Origin: the human T2T-CHM13v2.0 reference genome, Homo sapiens
Assembly (NCBI RefSeq): GCF_009914755.1
Contig: NC_060927.1
DNA length: 64,000 bases
Reading direction: 5' to 3' (one strand)
Numbering within the stretch: the first letter of the stretch is position 1; every line of letters begins with the position of its first letter. The notes under the pieces are model-generated. The model ran no database searches. It was not told the origin of the DNA and worked only from the letters and a program-made list of their open reading frames with translations. Positions 1 to 15,119 of the stretch are shown piece by piece. The translations under genes and the position numbers were made by a program.

Positions 1-2215
1 GAGGCACTACCCTCATTTCATAGATGAGGGAACTGAAGCTGGGTTGAATGATGGGCCTAGGGTTGGGTCACACCAGTAGATACAGTGATGAGCTAACATC
101 TGAGCTCAGGTCCCAGACATCATTAATAGAGGCTTCTAGATGTTTTTGAATTGTGCTAAGCTTATTCCTGCCACAAGGTCTTTGCATCTGTACAGTGTGA
201 ATTGACTATATAGATATACAATGCTCTGTGTTTGATGCAATTCAACTCCTGTGTATTGAGAGGCTAATTGTACCAGGTAAAAACCCTGTGGGCTCTACAG
301 TGAGGGAAGAGATGAACAGCCCAGCCCCTGAGCTAGAGGAGAGGTTGAGACTGTCTCAGTAGGGGCCTGGCTGCAGTCACATTTTAGGAAAATCACTCCA
401 GTGGCAAAGCAGAGCAGTGGAGGGATTGGAGGGGAAAGGATGGAGGCAGCAGTGGTTCAGAGACGGCTACACTGGTGCAGCCTCTGAACTAGCATGGGCT
501 AGACATGGGCTTTTCCGGAGATGAAAAGACATGTTGAAGCTTTGCTTTTATTTCAGAATCTGAAGGTTGGACATTTATCCTTCTCTACCCATCAAATCCC
601 TCCCTCTAGCCATGCCATTCCAGAGAACTCTGTTATAGGTCATGAGTCCTGCCTGCATGAAAGAGGGGATGGCTCCACTCCTCTCAATACCACTTATGTC
701 CCTCTGCCTACCCCACCCCCTACTTCATCCCCAGAAGTGAGAACACTAATCTCATGCAACCAGTTTACTAGAGGCCAAGTCACCGTATCAAAGGCTGAGA
801 ATGTGGGTGTACCTTCTCTTCTCCGTCATCCTCCCTGTGATGAGAGTAATGACAGAAGCCAGGGCCTGTTTACAGGGTCCCTCTTTTCTCCCCTTCTCAC
901 TCATGACCTTGGGTTCTTTCTTTGCATTCGGTGGTGGCACCAGCTGATATTGAGATTTAGATTTAATTTAAAAGGAAAGGAGTGAGACCGACTTCTGGGA
1001 TGACAGCATGAAGAGCTCCCCAGGGAAACTCGAGAAAAAATATAAAAAGAAAAAGAAAAAGAAATATTTCAAGCCCCTGGAAATGGTCCTAAGGGCAAAA
1101 AGCAAATGAAGAAACATCTATTCAAGAAAATCTATAAAAATTTAGTGAGAAAGGTGAAAATCTCTGTTACTCGAACCAAGACTGCTCCCTCCCTCTACTC
1201 CTGCTCCAAGCTTGGGGAGATGGAGGCTCCAACCCAGATGACTGCAGTCAAGCACACAGGGCTTCCTCTCCCTTTACCACCTTCTAGTCACAGGGCTTTC
1301 TTCCTGGAAGGAGCAGGAGCTCAGTGATTCTCATCCTGCTCCCACTACCTGTTGCTGAGGCTAAGTCCCAGGTGAGTGGAGTGGAGAGACCAGGGCTTCA
1401 TTCTTTCACACAACCCCTACTCATGGAATGGTGGCTGTACTTTGGGCATGGCACCACTGAAAATGTGGGGGTTCTATCAACCTTGCCCCAGCTTGTGAGG
1501 TGGTGGTTGCATGGCAGGAGAGGGAAGTTAAGAGGATCTCTGGCTGCCCCTCCACAAAGCACTCAGTGGGGACATCACTCAGAAGATGCCATTGTCTCCA
1601 TCCCCAGTCTCAGAGTCCTGGCTCAGAGATTTTCCCATGGGGGAGAACCATCCCGTAAAACAGACAGATCCTAATCTTATCCCAAAGGAACTGACTTCAG
1701 TTGCAACAGAGCTTGGAGAAGTTCAAGTCGAAGGGGACTCTCAAGAACAGTGGAGGTCGTGTTGAAGGGCAATCCAGTGATGGTTCATGAATTTAACGAA
1801 TATAGAAGCTAGACTATAACCCAGATAGTTAGCAGAGGAGAACCAGGGAATAAGACAGCCAGGAGAACTCCTGGGATCAGAACAAATATCAAACATTGAC
1901 TTCAGAAACTATCCCTATAATGGGGACAGAATTTGACTGCATTAATCTGTAGAGCAATTTAGGACCAAGGGCACTGCTGAAAGAATAGCAATCATCCAGC
2001 AATTAGTAGAGATTAACAGCCGGAAAGGATCCGGGAAAGAGACTTCTACCAAACCCACTGGCATCTCAGGGAAGGAGAACCCTACCAAAACCACTGTCAT
2101 CCCACAGAGCAGTATTTCCATATGTCACTGAAATTAAGCTAGTATAAATAGAAGCTCATTCAAATAAGATGTATACGGTAAACCTTAGAGAAACTGCTAA
2201 AAAATAACTCAAAAA

Positions 2216-2562
2216 TAGTAAGAGCAGAATACTGCTTGTCAGAGGCTAGGAAGGAAGGGGAGGGGATATGGGGAGCAATTGCTCAACAGGTACAATGTTA
2301 GAGTTAGTTAGGATAAATAAGTTCTGGTGTTCTATTTTACAGTAGGTTGACTATAGTTAACAATAATGTATTGTATGTTCCAAAATAGCTGGAATAGAGG
2401 AGATGTTGAATGTTCACACCACAAAGAAACAATATATTTACAACATGATGAATATACTGCTTACCCGGATCTAATCATTACACAACGTATGCATGTATTG
2501 CAATATCACATTGTATCCAATAAATATGTCCAATTATCTGTCCATCAAAAATTAAATAAAAC
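2216..2562 (+). mobile_element. L1MA-type 3' end fragment nested in the older L1
   Basis: L1MA-like 3'UTR text (aataagttctggtgttctatt...gactatagttaacaataat) flanked by duplicated ctaaaaa(a)taactcaaaaata. Confidence 0.75.
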
Positions 2563-4366
2563 TTCTAAAAATAACTCAAAAATATAGTGAAAACATCATT
2601 AAAGAAGTTTAAATGCTATATTAGAAAATATCCACTAAATGCTATGTTAGAAAATATGCAAAAGAAATCGGTAAAGAAGGAATAGAGGAACAAAAAAGAT
2701 ATGAGACACACAGAAAACAAGAAGTAAAATGGCAGACAAAAATCCAACTATATAAGTGGTAATATCAAATGTGAATGGATTAAACAATCCAATTAAAATG
2801 CAGAGATTAACAGACTGGATAAAATAAAATAATTTAAAAGACACACTTTAGATTCAAAGATACAATTAGAGTGAAAGTGAAAGGATGGAAAAATGTATTA
2901 TACAAACTGGAACCACAGGAAAGCTAGAATGACTATACTAATATCGATAAAATAGACTTTAAAACTAAAAATACTGCTAGAGATAAATGGCAGCATTTCA
3001 TAATGATAAAAATTTTGATCTATCAAGATAAAAACAATTATAAACAAAATGTACCTAATAAAAGAGCAGCAAAATACATGAAGCAAAAATGGACAAAAAC
3101 AAAGAAAGAAATAGAAAATTCAAAAATAATTGTTAGAGACTTCAATACCCCATTCTCAATAACGGAAAGAACAACTAGACAGAAGATCAAAGAGGAAATA
3201 GAAGACTTAAACAACACTATAAACCAACTAGACCTAACAGGCATGTATAGAACACACCACTCAGCAAGAGACTATACATTCTTTCTAACTGCACATGGAA
3301 CGTTCTCTTGGGTATGCCCTATGCTAGTCCATAAAACAAACCTCAATAATTCAAAATCATACAAATAATACAAAATGTGTTCTTCTACCACAGTAGGATA
3401 AAATTATTGATTTCTTCTATAGAAGAAGTTTCTTCTAAAGTAGGAATCAATAGCAGGAAAAAAACTGGGAAACTGACAAATAGGCAAAAATTATACAGCA
3501 TACTGCTAAATAACTAGTGGTTGAAGAAAAAAATCAAAAGAGAAATCTTTGAGATGAATGAAAATGAAGATACAACATATCAAAACTTATGGGATGCAGC
3601 TAAAGCAGTGCTTAGAAGGAAATGTATGACTGTAAATGCCTATATTAGGGAAAAAAACCCAAACCTCAAATCAATAACCTAAACTTCCACCTTAAGACAC
3701 TGGAAAAAAAAGTGCAAACTAAACCTAGAGCTAGCAGAAGGAAGGAAATAATAAAGATTAGAGCAGAAATTAATAAAATAGAGAACAGAAAAACAATAGA
3801 GAAAATCATGAAACCAAAAGCTGGTTCTTTGAAAAGATCAATGAAATTGACAAGCCATTAGCTAAATAAACCAAGAAAACATGAGAGAGGATTCAAATGA
3901 TTAGAATCAGATATGAAAGAGGGGACGTTACTACCATTATTTTACAGGAGAAAAAGGATCATAAAGAAGTACTATGAACAATTATATGCCAACAAGTTGG
4001 ATATCTTAGATGAAATTAATAAATTCCTAGAAAGAAACAAACTATTGAAACTGACTTAAGAAGAAAAAAAAATGAATACACTTATAACAAGAGATTGAAT
4101 CAATCATCAAAAAACTACCCACAAATAAATGCCCAGGCCCAGATGGCTACATTGTTGAATTCTACCAAACATTTAAAAAAGAATTAGTAATAATTCCTTA
4201 TAAAGTCTTCCAAAAACTAGAAGAGAAGGGAACACTGCTCAACTAATTTCACCAGGCAAGTATTACCCTGATACCAAAACCAGACAAAGGTATCACAAGA
4301 AAACTACAGACCAGTATTTCTTATGAATATGGATACAAATATCCTCTACAAAATGCCAGCAAACCC

Positions 4367-4687
<321 letters not shown>

Positions 4688-7292
4688 TCACTAGCGAGCC
4701 AAATGCAGTAGCATAAAAAGAACTATGCTCCATGCACAAGTGGAATTTATCCCAGGACTGCCAAATTGGTTTAACATCTAAAAATAATTAATGTAATGCA
4801 TCTTATCAGTAAAATAAAAAACAAAAATCACACAATCATCTTAATAGATGAAGAAAAAGCACTGACAAAATCTAATATCCTTTCAAGATAAAACACTCAA
4901 CAAACTAGGAATAGAAGGGAACTTCCTCAACCTGACAAATGGCATCTATGAAAAACCCACAGCTAACATCATACGTAACAGTGAAATACTGGATGCTTTC
5001 CCCATAAGATCAGGACTTAGACAAGGATGTTCACTCTCATCACTTCAGTGTTGTACTGGAGATTCTAGCTGGGCCAATTGGGCAAGAAAAAGAAATAAAA
5101 GGTATCCAAACTGGAAAAGAAGTAAAAATATATCTATTCATAGACAATATAATCTTATATATTAAAAAAATAAGGAAATCACTAAAAACTATTTGACTGC
5201 ATGAATAAGTTCAGCAAGGTTGCAGGATACAAGAGCAGTATAGTAAAATCAATTATATTTCCATACACTCATAATGAACAATTCAAAAGTGAAATTAAGG
5301 AAACAATTTCACTTACATTAGCATAAAAAGAATAAAATACAGAGGAATAAAGCACTGACAAAATCTAATATCCTTTCAAGACAAAAGGATAAAAGGCACT
5401 CTGTAGTTGCCACTCTGGCAACTACAAATCATTGTTGAAAAAAATTAAAGATCTAAATAATTGGCAAAACATCCTGTGTTTATGGATCAGAAGACTTAAC
5501 ACTACTAAGAGGGTGATATTTCCAACTGACCTATAGATTTAATGCAATCCCTATCAGAATCCTGCCTAACTTCTTTGTAGAAATTGACAAGCTGATTCTA
5601 AAATTCATATGTAATCACAAGAAACCCAGAATAGCCAAAACAATCTTGAAAACGAAGGACAAAGTTGGAGGACTTAAACATCCCAATTTCGAAGCTTACT
5701 ACAAAGCAACAGTAATGAAGACAGTATAGTACCAACACAGAGATAGACATATAGGTCAGTGGAATAGCATTGCAAGTTCAAAAATAAACCCATACACCTG
5801 TAGTCAAAGGACTTTTTTTAACAAGGGTGCTAAGACCATTCAATGTGGAAAAGAATAATTTTGTTCAACTAATCGTGCTGGGACAACTGGAGAGCCACAT
5901 ACAAAGGAATAAAGTTTGACCATTACCTTATGCCAAAATTAACTCAAAATAGATCAAAGATCTAAATGTAAGACCTAAAACTCTAAAACTCTTAAAAGAA
6001 AATACAGGAATACATCCTCATGAACTTGGATTCGGCAAAGGCCTCTTAGATATAACACCAAAAGCATGCGCAACAAAAGAAAAAATAGATGAATGGAACT
6101 CAGTCAAAATGAAATACTTTTGTGCTTCAAAGGGTATCACCAATAAAAAGGCAAGCCACAGAATGGGAGAAAATATTTGGAAATTGTATATCTGATAAGG
6201 GACTTAGATCTAGAATATATAAAGAGCTGTTATGATCTAGAATACATAAAGAGCTGTTACAACTCAATAATAAAAACACAAATAACCAAATTTAAAAATG
6301 GGCAAAGGATCTGAAGAAAAATATACAAGTGACCAAAAAGCACATGAAAAGATGATGAACATTATCAGTCATCAGAGAAATTCAAATCCAAACCTCAAAA
6401 AGATGCAACTTCACATCCACTAGGATGGCAAGAATCAAAAAGTCAGATAGTAACAAGTGCTAGCAAGGATATGGATAAATTGGAATCCTCATACACTGAT
6501 GATGATATTGCAAAATGGTGCGGTCATTTTGGAAAACAGTCTGGCAGTTCCTTAAATGACTGACATAGAGTTAGCATATGACCCAGCAATTCCACTCCTG
6601 GGTATATACTCAAGAGAAATGAAAACTTCTGTCTATACAAAAACTTGCACACACGTTTGCAGCAGTATTATATCATAGCTGAAAAGTAGAAACAACCCAA
6701 ATGTCCATCAATTGACAAATGGATAAACAAAGTCTGGCATTTTCATGTGATGGAATATTATTCAGCCATCAAAAATTAAGTACTAATTCATGCTACAGCA
6801 TGGCTGAACCTAGAAAACTGTGCTAAGAGAAAGGCCACATGTTATATAATTCCATTTATATAAAATGTCCAGAATAGACAAATCCATAGAGACAGTGGGT
6901 AGACTTACAGTTGCATTGACTAGGGCTGGGAGAAATGTGGGGGGTAGGGATGGGAGGGCGTAAGGAGTGATAGCTAAAGGGTACAGGGCTTCTTTTCAAG
7001 ATGATGAAAATGTTCTCAAATTGACCATGGTGATGGTTGCACATATCTGTGAATACACAAAAAAATCACTCAGCTGAACACTTTAAAAGGGTAAATTGTG
7101 TGGTGTGTGATCTATAACTCAATAAAGTGGTTTTAAGAAGAAGGCAGGGTCCTTCGTAGGTATAAGGCCTGAGCCAAATGCCGCAAGCCAGTTTACCATG
7201 TTTATTACTAGGGATTAGGAGCATACACCAAGTATAAGAAATTGGCCACTGTTCTTTTTTTCTATTGTTCTTAATTTCTTTGAAAAGGAGTG

Positions 7293-7595
<303 letters not shown>

Positions 7596-8129
7596 AAAAG
7601 GAGTGGCTATGACTCCACAACTGGGGTGTTTGTGCATAAATCGACTAATGTCATTTTAATACCATCAAAAACCTCACCTTAATACACAACGACATGGATG
7701 AATCTCAGAATATTATGCAGAGTGAAAGAGGACAGAGCCAAACAACTGTATTCTGTACAATACCATTTATATGAAATTGTAAACAGACCAACAGGGGGAG
7801 GAGTCAAAGGTAACCTCAAAAATTTCAGGAAAATATCAGTAAGAGAATGGTGGCACAATTATAATTGAAAATGGACATATCACCCATATGAACATGCCTC
7901 TGTCACTGATTTTAGTGGTTTTATAATCTAATAATCTTGTTTCTCATTTAGCTTCCAATTAATAAAGTTGTTAGTGACAGGCTGCCTTCATTTTTTCATT
8001 TAGTCAAGGATCCTTGGCCTAACCATGGTTTCTTTATATAACTCTTGGAGACCAAAGAGCAAGCACTATGGAATTTCCAGACTTATCAGACTCAAGACAG
8101 GAGACTAGGCATCAGTTGGGTATAGAATC

Positions 8130-8457
<328 letters not shown>

Positions 8458-8819
8458 TGAGACAAGAAAGGCAACAGATACACAAACAACTAAATTGTTC
8501 CTGCAATTTGGCATTCATTGGCTGATTCATGCATGGCAAAGACCTGGACTCATGGTTCTCTGCCTGATTTGACCTTTGAGGCCTGCTGGATTCCATTCAT
8601 ACCGGGTGCTGTCAAGAGCAAAGAAGACAGATATTGATGATCCCCTAAATGAAATGTCTAAGAGGAAACAGGTAAACAAATCAGGAGGTTCTGGTTGCCA
8701 ATGACCAGTAACTGCCAATGCCAGTTAGGTCAAGAAAATTCTCCAGGACTCAGTTTTTCTATCAGGATTAGGAAGGATGTCTGTTTGATACAGAGTCCAT
8801 TGATGTTTCTTATCCACCT

Positions 8820-9000
8820 CCCTGTCCCAGGCACTGTGCTAGGCTCCTTCACATATGTCACCTCATTTTAACCCATGCCATAATTTGCTTGGTGCTGTCA
8901 TTCCCATTTTATAGATAAGGAAATAGAGGCCAGAGGTGATGTGGCTTGCCTCAGATTACATGACCATAAGGACTCCCTCTGTGCTTCAACTCCAGGTCTC
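8820..9000. mobile_element. MIR fragment
   Basis: MIR core cccattttatagataaggaaatagaggccagag. Confidence 0.7.
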
Positions 9001-9599
9001 TTTTTTCTGAGCACAGTGACCCCTTGACTGTCTCTGCAGCTCACTATTCTGCCACTGTTTGGCCAGGGATGGCAAGAATGTAACATTTAGAAAATGCAAT
9101 TGATTTTCCACCAAAGAGTGCCCCTGATTCAATACCCCCCACTAATACACACAGGATACTTTGAGAGCCTTCAGGGAACATGAAACTGGCTCTCCCAGAC
9201 TGTGGCTTCTTCCTTCCCAGAATGATTTTTCCTGCCTTTGTCATTCCCAGAAACCAGCAGCCTTACAAAGAACAAAAAGAAGAAGGATCATCTCGGAGGG
9301 GGACCCAAAGCTCTGACTCATGCATTCTGGGGGCCACTGTGAACCTTTACCCTGAGAAGTGGGAGGCAGCACTTTCTGGGGGGTGGTTCTTATGGGGAGG
9401 AAGCCCCACTGGGTGAGTCCCATGGCTGCTTCTTCGCTGACCCAGCAAGCCCTATTCTCTCTGTCCCTCCTCATCTTCAGTCCTGGTGTCCAGAGAAGCC
9501 TTCTGCCCATCAGCCCGAGGAGCTGTGGAAAAACCAGCAAAGGGACTGACAGGGACCTCAGCCCCCAGGAAGGCAGGTGCTTCGGTCAAGACAAAGGAG

Positions 9600-9800
9600 A
9601 GGAAATGACAGGAGTAGGAGAGAGAGAGAGAGAGAGAGCAAGCTAGAGGGAGAGATAAAGAGATGGACAGAAGGAGATCCAGAAATAAAAAGAGCAACAG
9701 ATGGAGAGGACAGGGTGAGGGCTGTTAAAAGGGATAGAGGGAGGGGAGAACTGGAGGTGGTCGGCAGAAGAAAAAAAGGAGGAAAGAGAAAAGCAAATCA
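9600..9800. repeat. (GA)n microsatellite and GA-rich low-complexity tract
   Basis: gagagagagag run at ~9618-9639 inside a purine-rich region. Confidence 0.85.
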
Positions 9801-9954
9801 CCAGGAATAAGCAGAAGGTGGCGGCCTTCACATCTCCAAACAAAGCCTCTGCAGGACACATTCCTCAGTTCAGGATGACTTTAGCCTCTCAGGAGTCTGA
9901 TCAAGCTGAACGTGACATCTGGATTTGCTTTTCTGTTCCTGTGACCCGGGTCTG

Positions 9955-10348
9955 ACCCATTAGCTCCCTCTCAGGCCATGGGGACTGGATCATGACTGGG
10001 TGCATGACTCAAGGCAGTCCAATGAGACTCCACCCCAGGACCTCTCTTGGAACCATTATAGAAAGGAAGCCCTTTTCCACTGAGAGTTTGGGTAAGATGA
10101 TGGTGAAAGCCTGGAATTGCCAGAGACCACTGCACCGGAAGATCCTACATGAGAATGAAACCAGCACAGAGGGAAGCAGAACAAGAAGACAGAGACAAAG
10201 TGCTGACAAAAATCACCCTTGCTCCTGGATCCAGCTGTGCCTGAAGCCATCCCAACCCTGGGACTTTTCAGGTATAGGAACTTACTCTCTCTTAAGCTTA
10301 AGTTGATTTGAGTTGGGGGTTCTGTCATTAGCAACTGAAATAGTCCTA
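9955..10348 (+). mobile_element. MLT1-family (ERVL-MaLR) LTR
   Basis: MLT1 hallmarks ccaatgaga..., ctggatccagctgtgcctgaagcc, gagttggg...tctgtca...gcaactgaaa. Confidence 0.75.
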
Positions 10349-10547
10349 CTAGAATGTGAAAACCCATCTGTCAGTCTTGTCTCTTTTACCAGTTCCCAGA
10401 ACTGTCACCTGAATGCCTGCCCTGCTCTCCTGACAAATGTGGTGGCCAACGTGTCCTGGTCCCACAAAAGAAACACAAAGGACAAGTAAGAGAACTGCTA
10501 AGCCATGATGTTTAAAAAGGAAAACTATCCCAGGTGCTTGGTGCATC

Positions 10548-10795
10548 CTGGGCCGTATTCTAACTTTCAAGGGTCCTAGGCCCTTTTGCCTGCATGGGTC
10601 CCTTCCTCCATTCAAAAAAAAAGTTAAAAATTATATTTTACAACTGCATTAGTATAAAGACAAATATAATCCAGACTGGATATTGTGTTCATTTTTTTTC
10701 TGATTTTAAAAGAAATTAAAACATTTTAGTGGACCTCTACAAGTACCATGGGCCCTTGGCACTATGCCTACTCTGCCTGACGGATAAGTTGGCAT
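10548..10795. mobile_element. hAT-type DNA transposon relic (MER96B-like)
   Basis: Resembles the recalled consensus (gggcccttggcactatgccta...ggataagttggc); subfamily uncertain. Confidence 0.55.
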
Positions 10796-11482
10796 ATGGT
10801 TCAGATTGCTTGTCTACACAGTCCAGTTTCCCTAGAGACTAGTCCGACTCTCTTCTCCTTGTCTGGAAGGGGTGGAGGAATCTGGAGAAAGGTCTTGACT
10901 GGCCTTTCTCTCTCTCTCTCTCACCACACATTTCCCAGGATCATCACCCTTTGATTTCATCTCCAGGGTGCCCAATGCACCAGACACACCTGTAATCTGG
11001 CATTATCGCTTTGCACCATGAGAAGCTACTTCCAACCTGTCAAGATCTGGTGACAGACTGGGAGTTCCTCAAGGACCGACGTCTTGTTCATCCCTGTGCC
11101 CAAGTCCCAGCACAGGCTTGGCACAGAGCAGACCCTCAAAGGGGAAGGATGGAGGAACAGAGCTTGCTTTCTACTTAGGGAACTCATGTCTCTTAGGATT
11201 TGTACCTGGGCCAGGCAGGACACATTAAGGAATGAAGTGGGCTAGGTGTGGGGTGTCGTGAACACAGCGTGAGCCTATGACGATCTGCTCTGTGTCAGGC
11301 CCATGCCAGGACTTGGGGCATGCCATGAAGGTTTTTCGGGGTCTTCGTCTATTCTGAAGGACAGATGGCTGACTTGGAAAGCTGAAGAGGTCTATGTGGG
11401 CCAGCCCTGTGGTTGGGCTGACAAAAGTCAGTGTGAGAGGCCCCAGGAAGAATCCCTTGTCCCCAGGATCCCCCTCACTCAC

Positions 11483-11562
11483 CTTCATCGCTGGTATGAG
11501 GCTCAGTGCCATTGTCATGGTCAACTTCATCGATGGCCCCTGGCTCGCTGTGTGGGCTGTCA
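11483..11562 (-). CDS. SRGAP3: SRGAP3 coding exon (~18), 80 nt, (C)DSPHSEPGAI...PHTSDE(E)
   Basis: ttgcag|T GAC acceptor, AAG|gtgagt donor; phase 2-1. Confidence 0.95.
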
Positions 11563-13864
11563 CTGCAAGGAAACACGGGAATGGGACTCACTGCGGGGGG
11601 TTATCTACCCTCACAGCACCTTCAGCCTCTCATGCCAGTCCAGTTGGCCTCTGGGCCCTCCCGCAGCTCAGATGCAGGCCTATACCATCCTATCTTTTCC
11701 ATGTGACCACTCCGGGGACCTTCCTAATCAGAAAACTACTCCCAGCCTCCTCCTTGCGAAGCTTCCCAAATATCTCCCCCAGTGCCCTCCTAGCCCTGGA
11801 ATTTGCTGAGCTGTCTTCTTGGTGAAGTCTGTCAATGCTTACGTGTTCTGTAAGATCCAGAGGGCAGTGGTAAAACCCCAGCATTTATAATCAGAAGGAC
11901 CACAGGCCAGAACAAAAAGAACCCTTTGAAGTACCATGAGTTATTTCATCTGGCCTGACTCTCTTGTCTTATAGCTGAGGTGACGTATCCCAGGAGTTAA
12001 GATGAAGCTAACAAGGGCTGCCCTGTCTTTCTGCATGCAAAAGCCCCGACTGATGCAGGCACTGAGAGTAGACTGGCAACCATGATGGGCATAGTGGCTG
12101 AGTAATCCAGTCCATCAGATTTAATTGTTAATGTGCTGGTATAATTTCACCAGCTACTACCCCCTCACTAGATTATAAGCTTCTTGAGGCAAGGGTTAAT
12201 TCACATAATCAGCCAGTTTTTTTTTATAGAGCCATTGAGTGAGTTCTAATATGCCAGGCAGTGTGCTGGTAGGAGGGATGCAATGATAGATAAGGCGGAC
12301 AAGGTTCCTGGCTTCATGTTGCTTACATTGTAGGGAGAGGGACAAGAAAAAAAACCGAAGTAAATAGGCCATTAAATAAGACAGTTGCAAGTTATGTTAT
12401 GTAGTGTTATGCAGGAAATAAATGGGCAGAGACAAGAAGAGCAGAGGGGACCTATAAAGAGTGGACAGAGAAGGCTTCTCAAAGGAGTTGACATTTGCAA
12501 TGCCATTTAAAGGAATATGCATTTTATTACGAAAAATTCTCCACTGTCACCTGAATCAGGACCAAACTCAATGGCTTCCAAGATTTTTCACAGCCTGGCT
12601 CTACCCAACCTGTGGAGCCTCATCCTTCACCATTCCCCTGTCACACATGCTATGCTCTGACCACACTGAACTGCTTTTCATTCTACTGAATGCTCCAGGT
12701 CTTCCCACTCCTCACTGGGTTGGCTCCTGTTCATTCTGCAGTCTCAGCTCAGTCTGCACTTCCCCCAGGAAGCCCTTCCTGATTTCCCTAGATCGGCTCA
12801 GGGAGCCCCACTTCTGGAGCCATTTGTTTCCTGTTCCATCAGAGCTCCTGCACCAGGGGTCAACCTTGTTTGGTTACATCTCTGACTCCCAGCACAGAAT
12901 CCAGCCCACAACAGATGATTGGTAACCATTTGTTGAATGAATGAATGTTGTCTACTGTGCTGAGACCCTCAGCCAAGTCTCCTTTTTTGGTTTTGAAGAC
13001 TCCAAAATTACCATGTAATTAATAGTTTTACAGTCTCGTGGGAAACAAATAGGATTAAGAAAAGTGTGGTTATTGTATATTGTTCTTTGATAAGTACACG
13101 AAGATCTGTGGGTCCCTTCCCAGAACACTAATTACATATATTGCAGCAAGAAAAGAGAACTGGTAATGGTTGCAAAAACTGTGTGAAAATTCTCTTTGTC
13201 CAGAAATTATGCTTGCCAGCTGTTTAATGTTTCTGTTACAGAACAGGGATGGACTTGCTCCCTAGTGCCTCAAACGAGATTAGAGAGCTGTGATCAGACA
13301 CCACTATGACCCAGTATTTCTATGCAGGGAGGCATGTGGGAAGGAAACACAAAGGCTGGAACACCTTCCTTCTTTGAAGCAGCTGCCCAAATATGCTCAC
13401 AGTACTAAGGCAATTCAAAAGTCCAGGAATGCTTTGACAATCAAAAAACAAACTCCCCTGTAGGCACCTGGCTGAAGGCAGTGTGGGTAATACCTAAATA
13501 TATAGCTGTGTGCTCTCCTGAATTGGAAATAAAGAAATAGTAGAAATGCTTTGGTCTCTGTCATTGAGTGTCCTGAATTTCCTGTCTTCACCACATTTAA
13601 AGATTTTTTTCCTGTCTTCACATTTTAAGGTCTTAGCCTGGGGAAGCTTTTAAAGCCCTGACTTTGAAAAGGTTCTAAAATCTTTCTCCTAAGACCTAGT
13701 GTAGTACCAGGTATACCAGGCACACAGAGGTCCCAAACTAGTGATTGTTGACATGGTGTTGGACACGCAAAGAAACTGAGCTCACTTTGTCTGGAAAAGA
13801 GAACTCCTAGGTGAGAGGAGACAAGGGTAGGAAGTGTCACAGTCAGTTCATGAAGTTGAGGTGG

Positions 13865-14320
13865 GGACTAGTCACTCCCCTGCTTCCTGAGATGGGCTTG
13901 TGACTCACATGGCCAGTTAAAGCATTGCATCTCCTTACCAAGGTGATTACTTCACCAGGCCCAAACCTCAGCAATGAAACACAATTCTTGAGCTTGTGTT
14001 GGAACATTTGGGAAGGAAAGGGTCTTTTTCTATTGAAGATGCTAAGAGAGTGAGTTACAGATCTTGAGTTGCTGGTTGCCTGCTTGCGACCACCAAGGAA
14101 ATGGCTATCCAAGAATGAAGCCAACACAGAATCAAGCAGGGCCAAGGAATGGAGACTGCAGGACCAAGTCCTTGTGGTAATAGTTGAGCCCCTGGATCAA
14201 GCTATACCTGAAGATATATCCCCAGACTTTTTACTTAAGTAAATCAATAAAGTCCCATTTGGTTAAAGGCCATTTGAGTTGTATGTCTGTCCCTTGTAAC
14301 CAAGAGAATCCTAACTGATG
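13865..14320 (+). mobile_element. MLT1-family LTR
   Basis: cctggatcaagctatacctgaag, aataaa, aaccaagagaatcctaactga end. Confidence 0.75.
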
Positions 14321-14481
14321 TACCTATCTCTCATGTGAAGCTGCTGTGAAGCTCAGATGAGAAAATGTATATGGAAGCACCGACTATCAAGCAGTAAGAA
14401 AACTGAAGGGTTTCTTATTGTTCCTATTCAATGGCAATAACAATGACGATGATAATAATATTAAGAGGAATGGCATCTTAC

Positions 14482-14709
14482 CAATATTCTTCCCCTCCAG
14501 CCATGCATTTTTCATACACAGGTCCCTCTAGCTCCCGGGGGCTGGGGAAGATGGCTTCATGATGGATGATGATGGTTTTGATGACTTCATTGATGTGTGC
14601 CTGGCAGGACACAGGGTCCTGCCCATCAGGGATGTGCATGAGGGTAGGCCCGAAGCAGATGGCCAGGTTGTAGGGATCCATCATGTTCTCGTCGCTATAC
14701 TGGGAGAGG
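14482..14709 (-). CDS. SRGAP3: SRGAP3 coding exon (~17), 228 nt, (H)LSQYSDENMMDPYNLAICFGPTL...GGEEY(C)
   Basis: tcctag|C acceptor, TTG|gtaag donor; RhoGAP NLAICFGPTL motif; phase 2-2. Confidence 0.97.
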
Positions 14710-14910
14710 CTAGGAGAGAGGAGTTACCCACAAGTCATCTGGGAAAGGCAAGTCCTCCCCCTGTGTTTTTTTTCTTTTGGGGGACCCTATTCAAATCCAG
14801 GAGGGTTCCATGTTCTCCTTTAAAAACAGCATCTGCAAAAGCCTCAAGATACCCCCTCCCAAAAGAGGCCAGGCCTGAGTCAAAAAGGGGCCCCTTGGCC
14901 AGACACTCAC

Positions 14911-15016
14911 TGGTTGAGGAAAGCGAAGAGGTATCTCATGACCACAATGACCACGCGGGGAAGGGTGACGAGGATTTGTTGGATCTGGTGCACCCTCTCG
15001 GCTGGGTTCTCCAGTT
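14911..15016 (-). CDS. SRGAP3: SRGAP3 coding exon (~16), 106 nt, (K)LENPAERVHQ...YLFAFLN(H)
   Basis: ttacag|AA acceptor, CCA|gtgagt donor; phase 1-2. Confidence 0.96.
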
Positions 15017-15119
15017 CTGTAACATAAAGGGGCCTTTCAGCGTGCCTTTCATCCTCAGAGAGCAAAGCAACAAACATTCGCTCGCCACATCTCCTATATC
15101 AACCCACGTGGATGGGGGA

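Noticed and set aside
3003-3368. 121-aa ORF with endonuclease-like residues
   Set aside because: Fragment of a dead L1 ORF2, not an independent gene
14710-14910. 201-nt intron (multiple of 3) as a possible in-frame retained intron
   Set aside because: Read-through gives CAG then TGA immediately, so it cannot extend the protein
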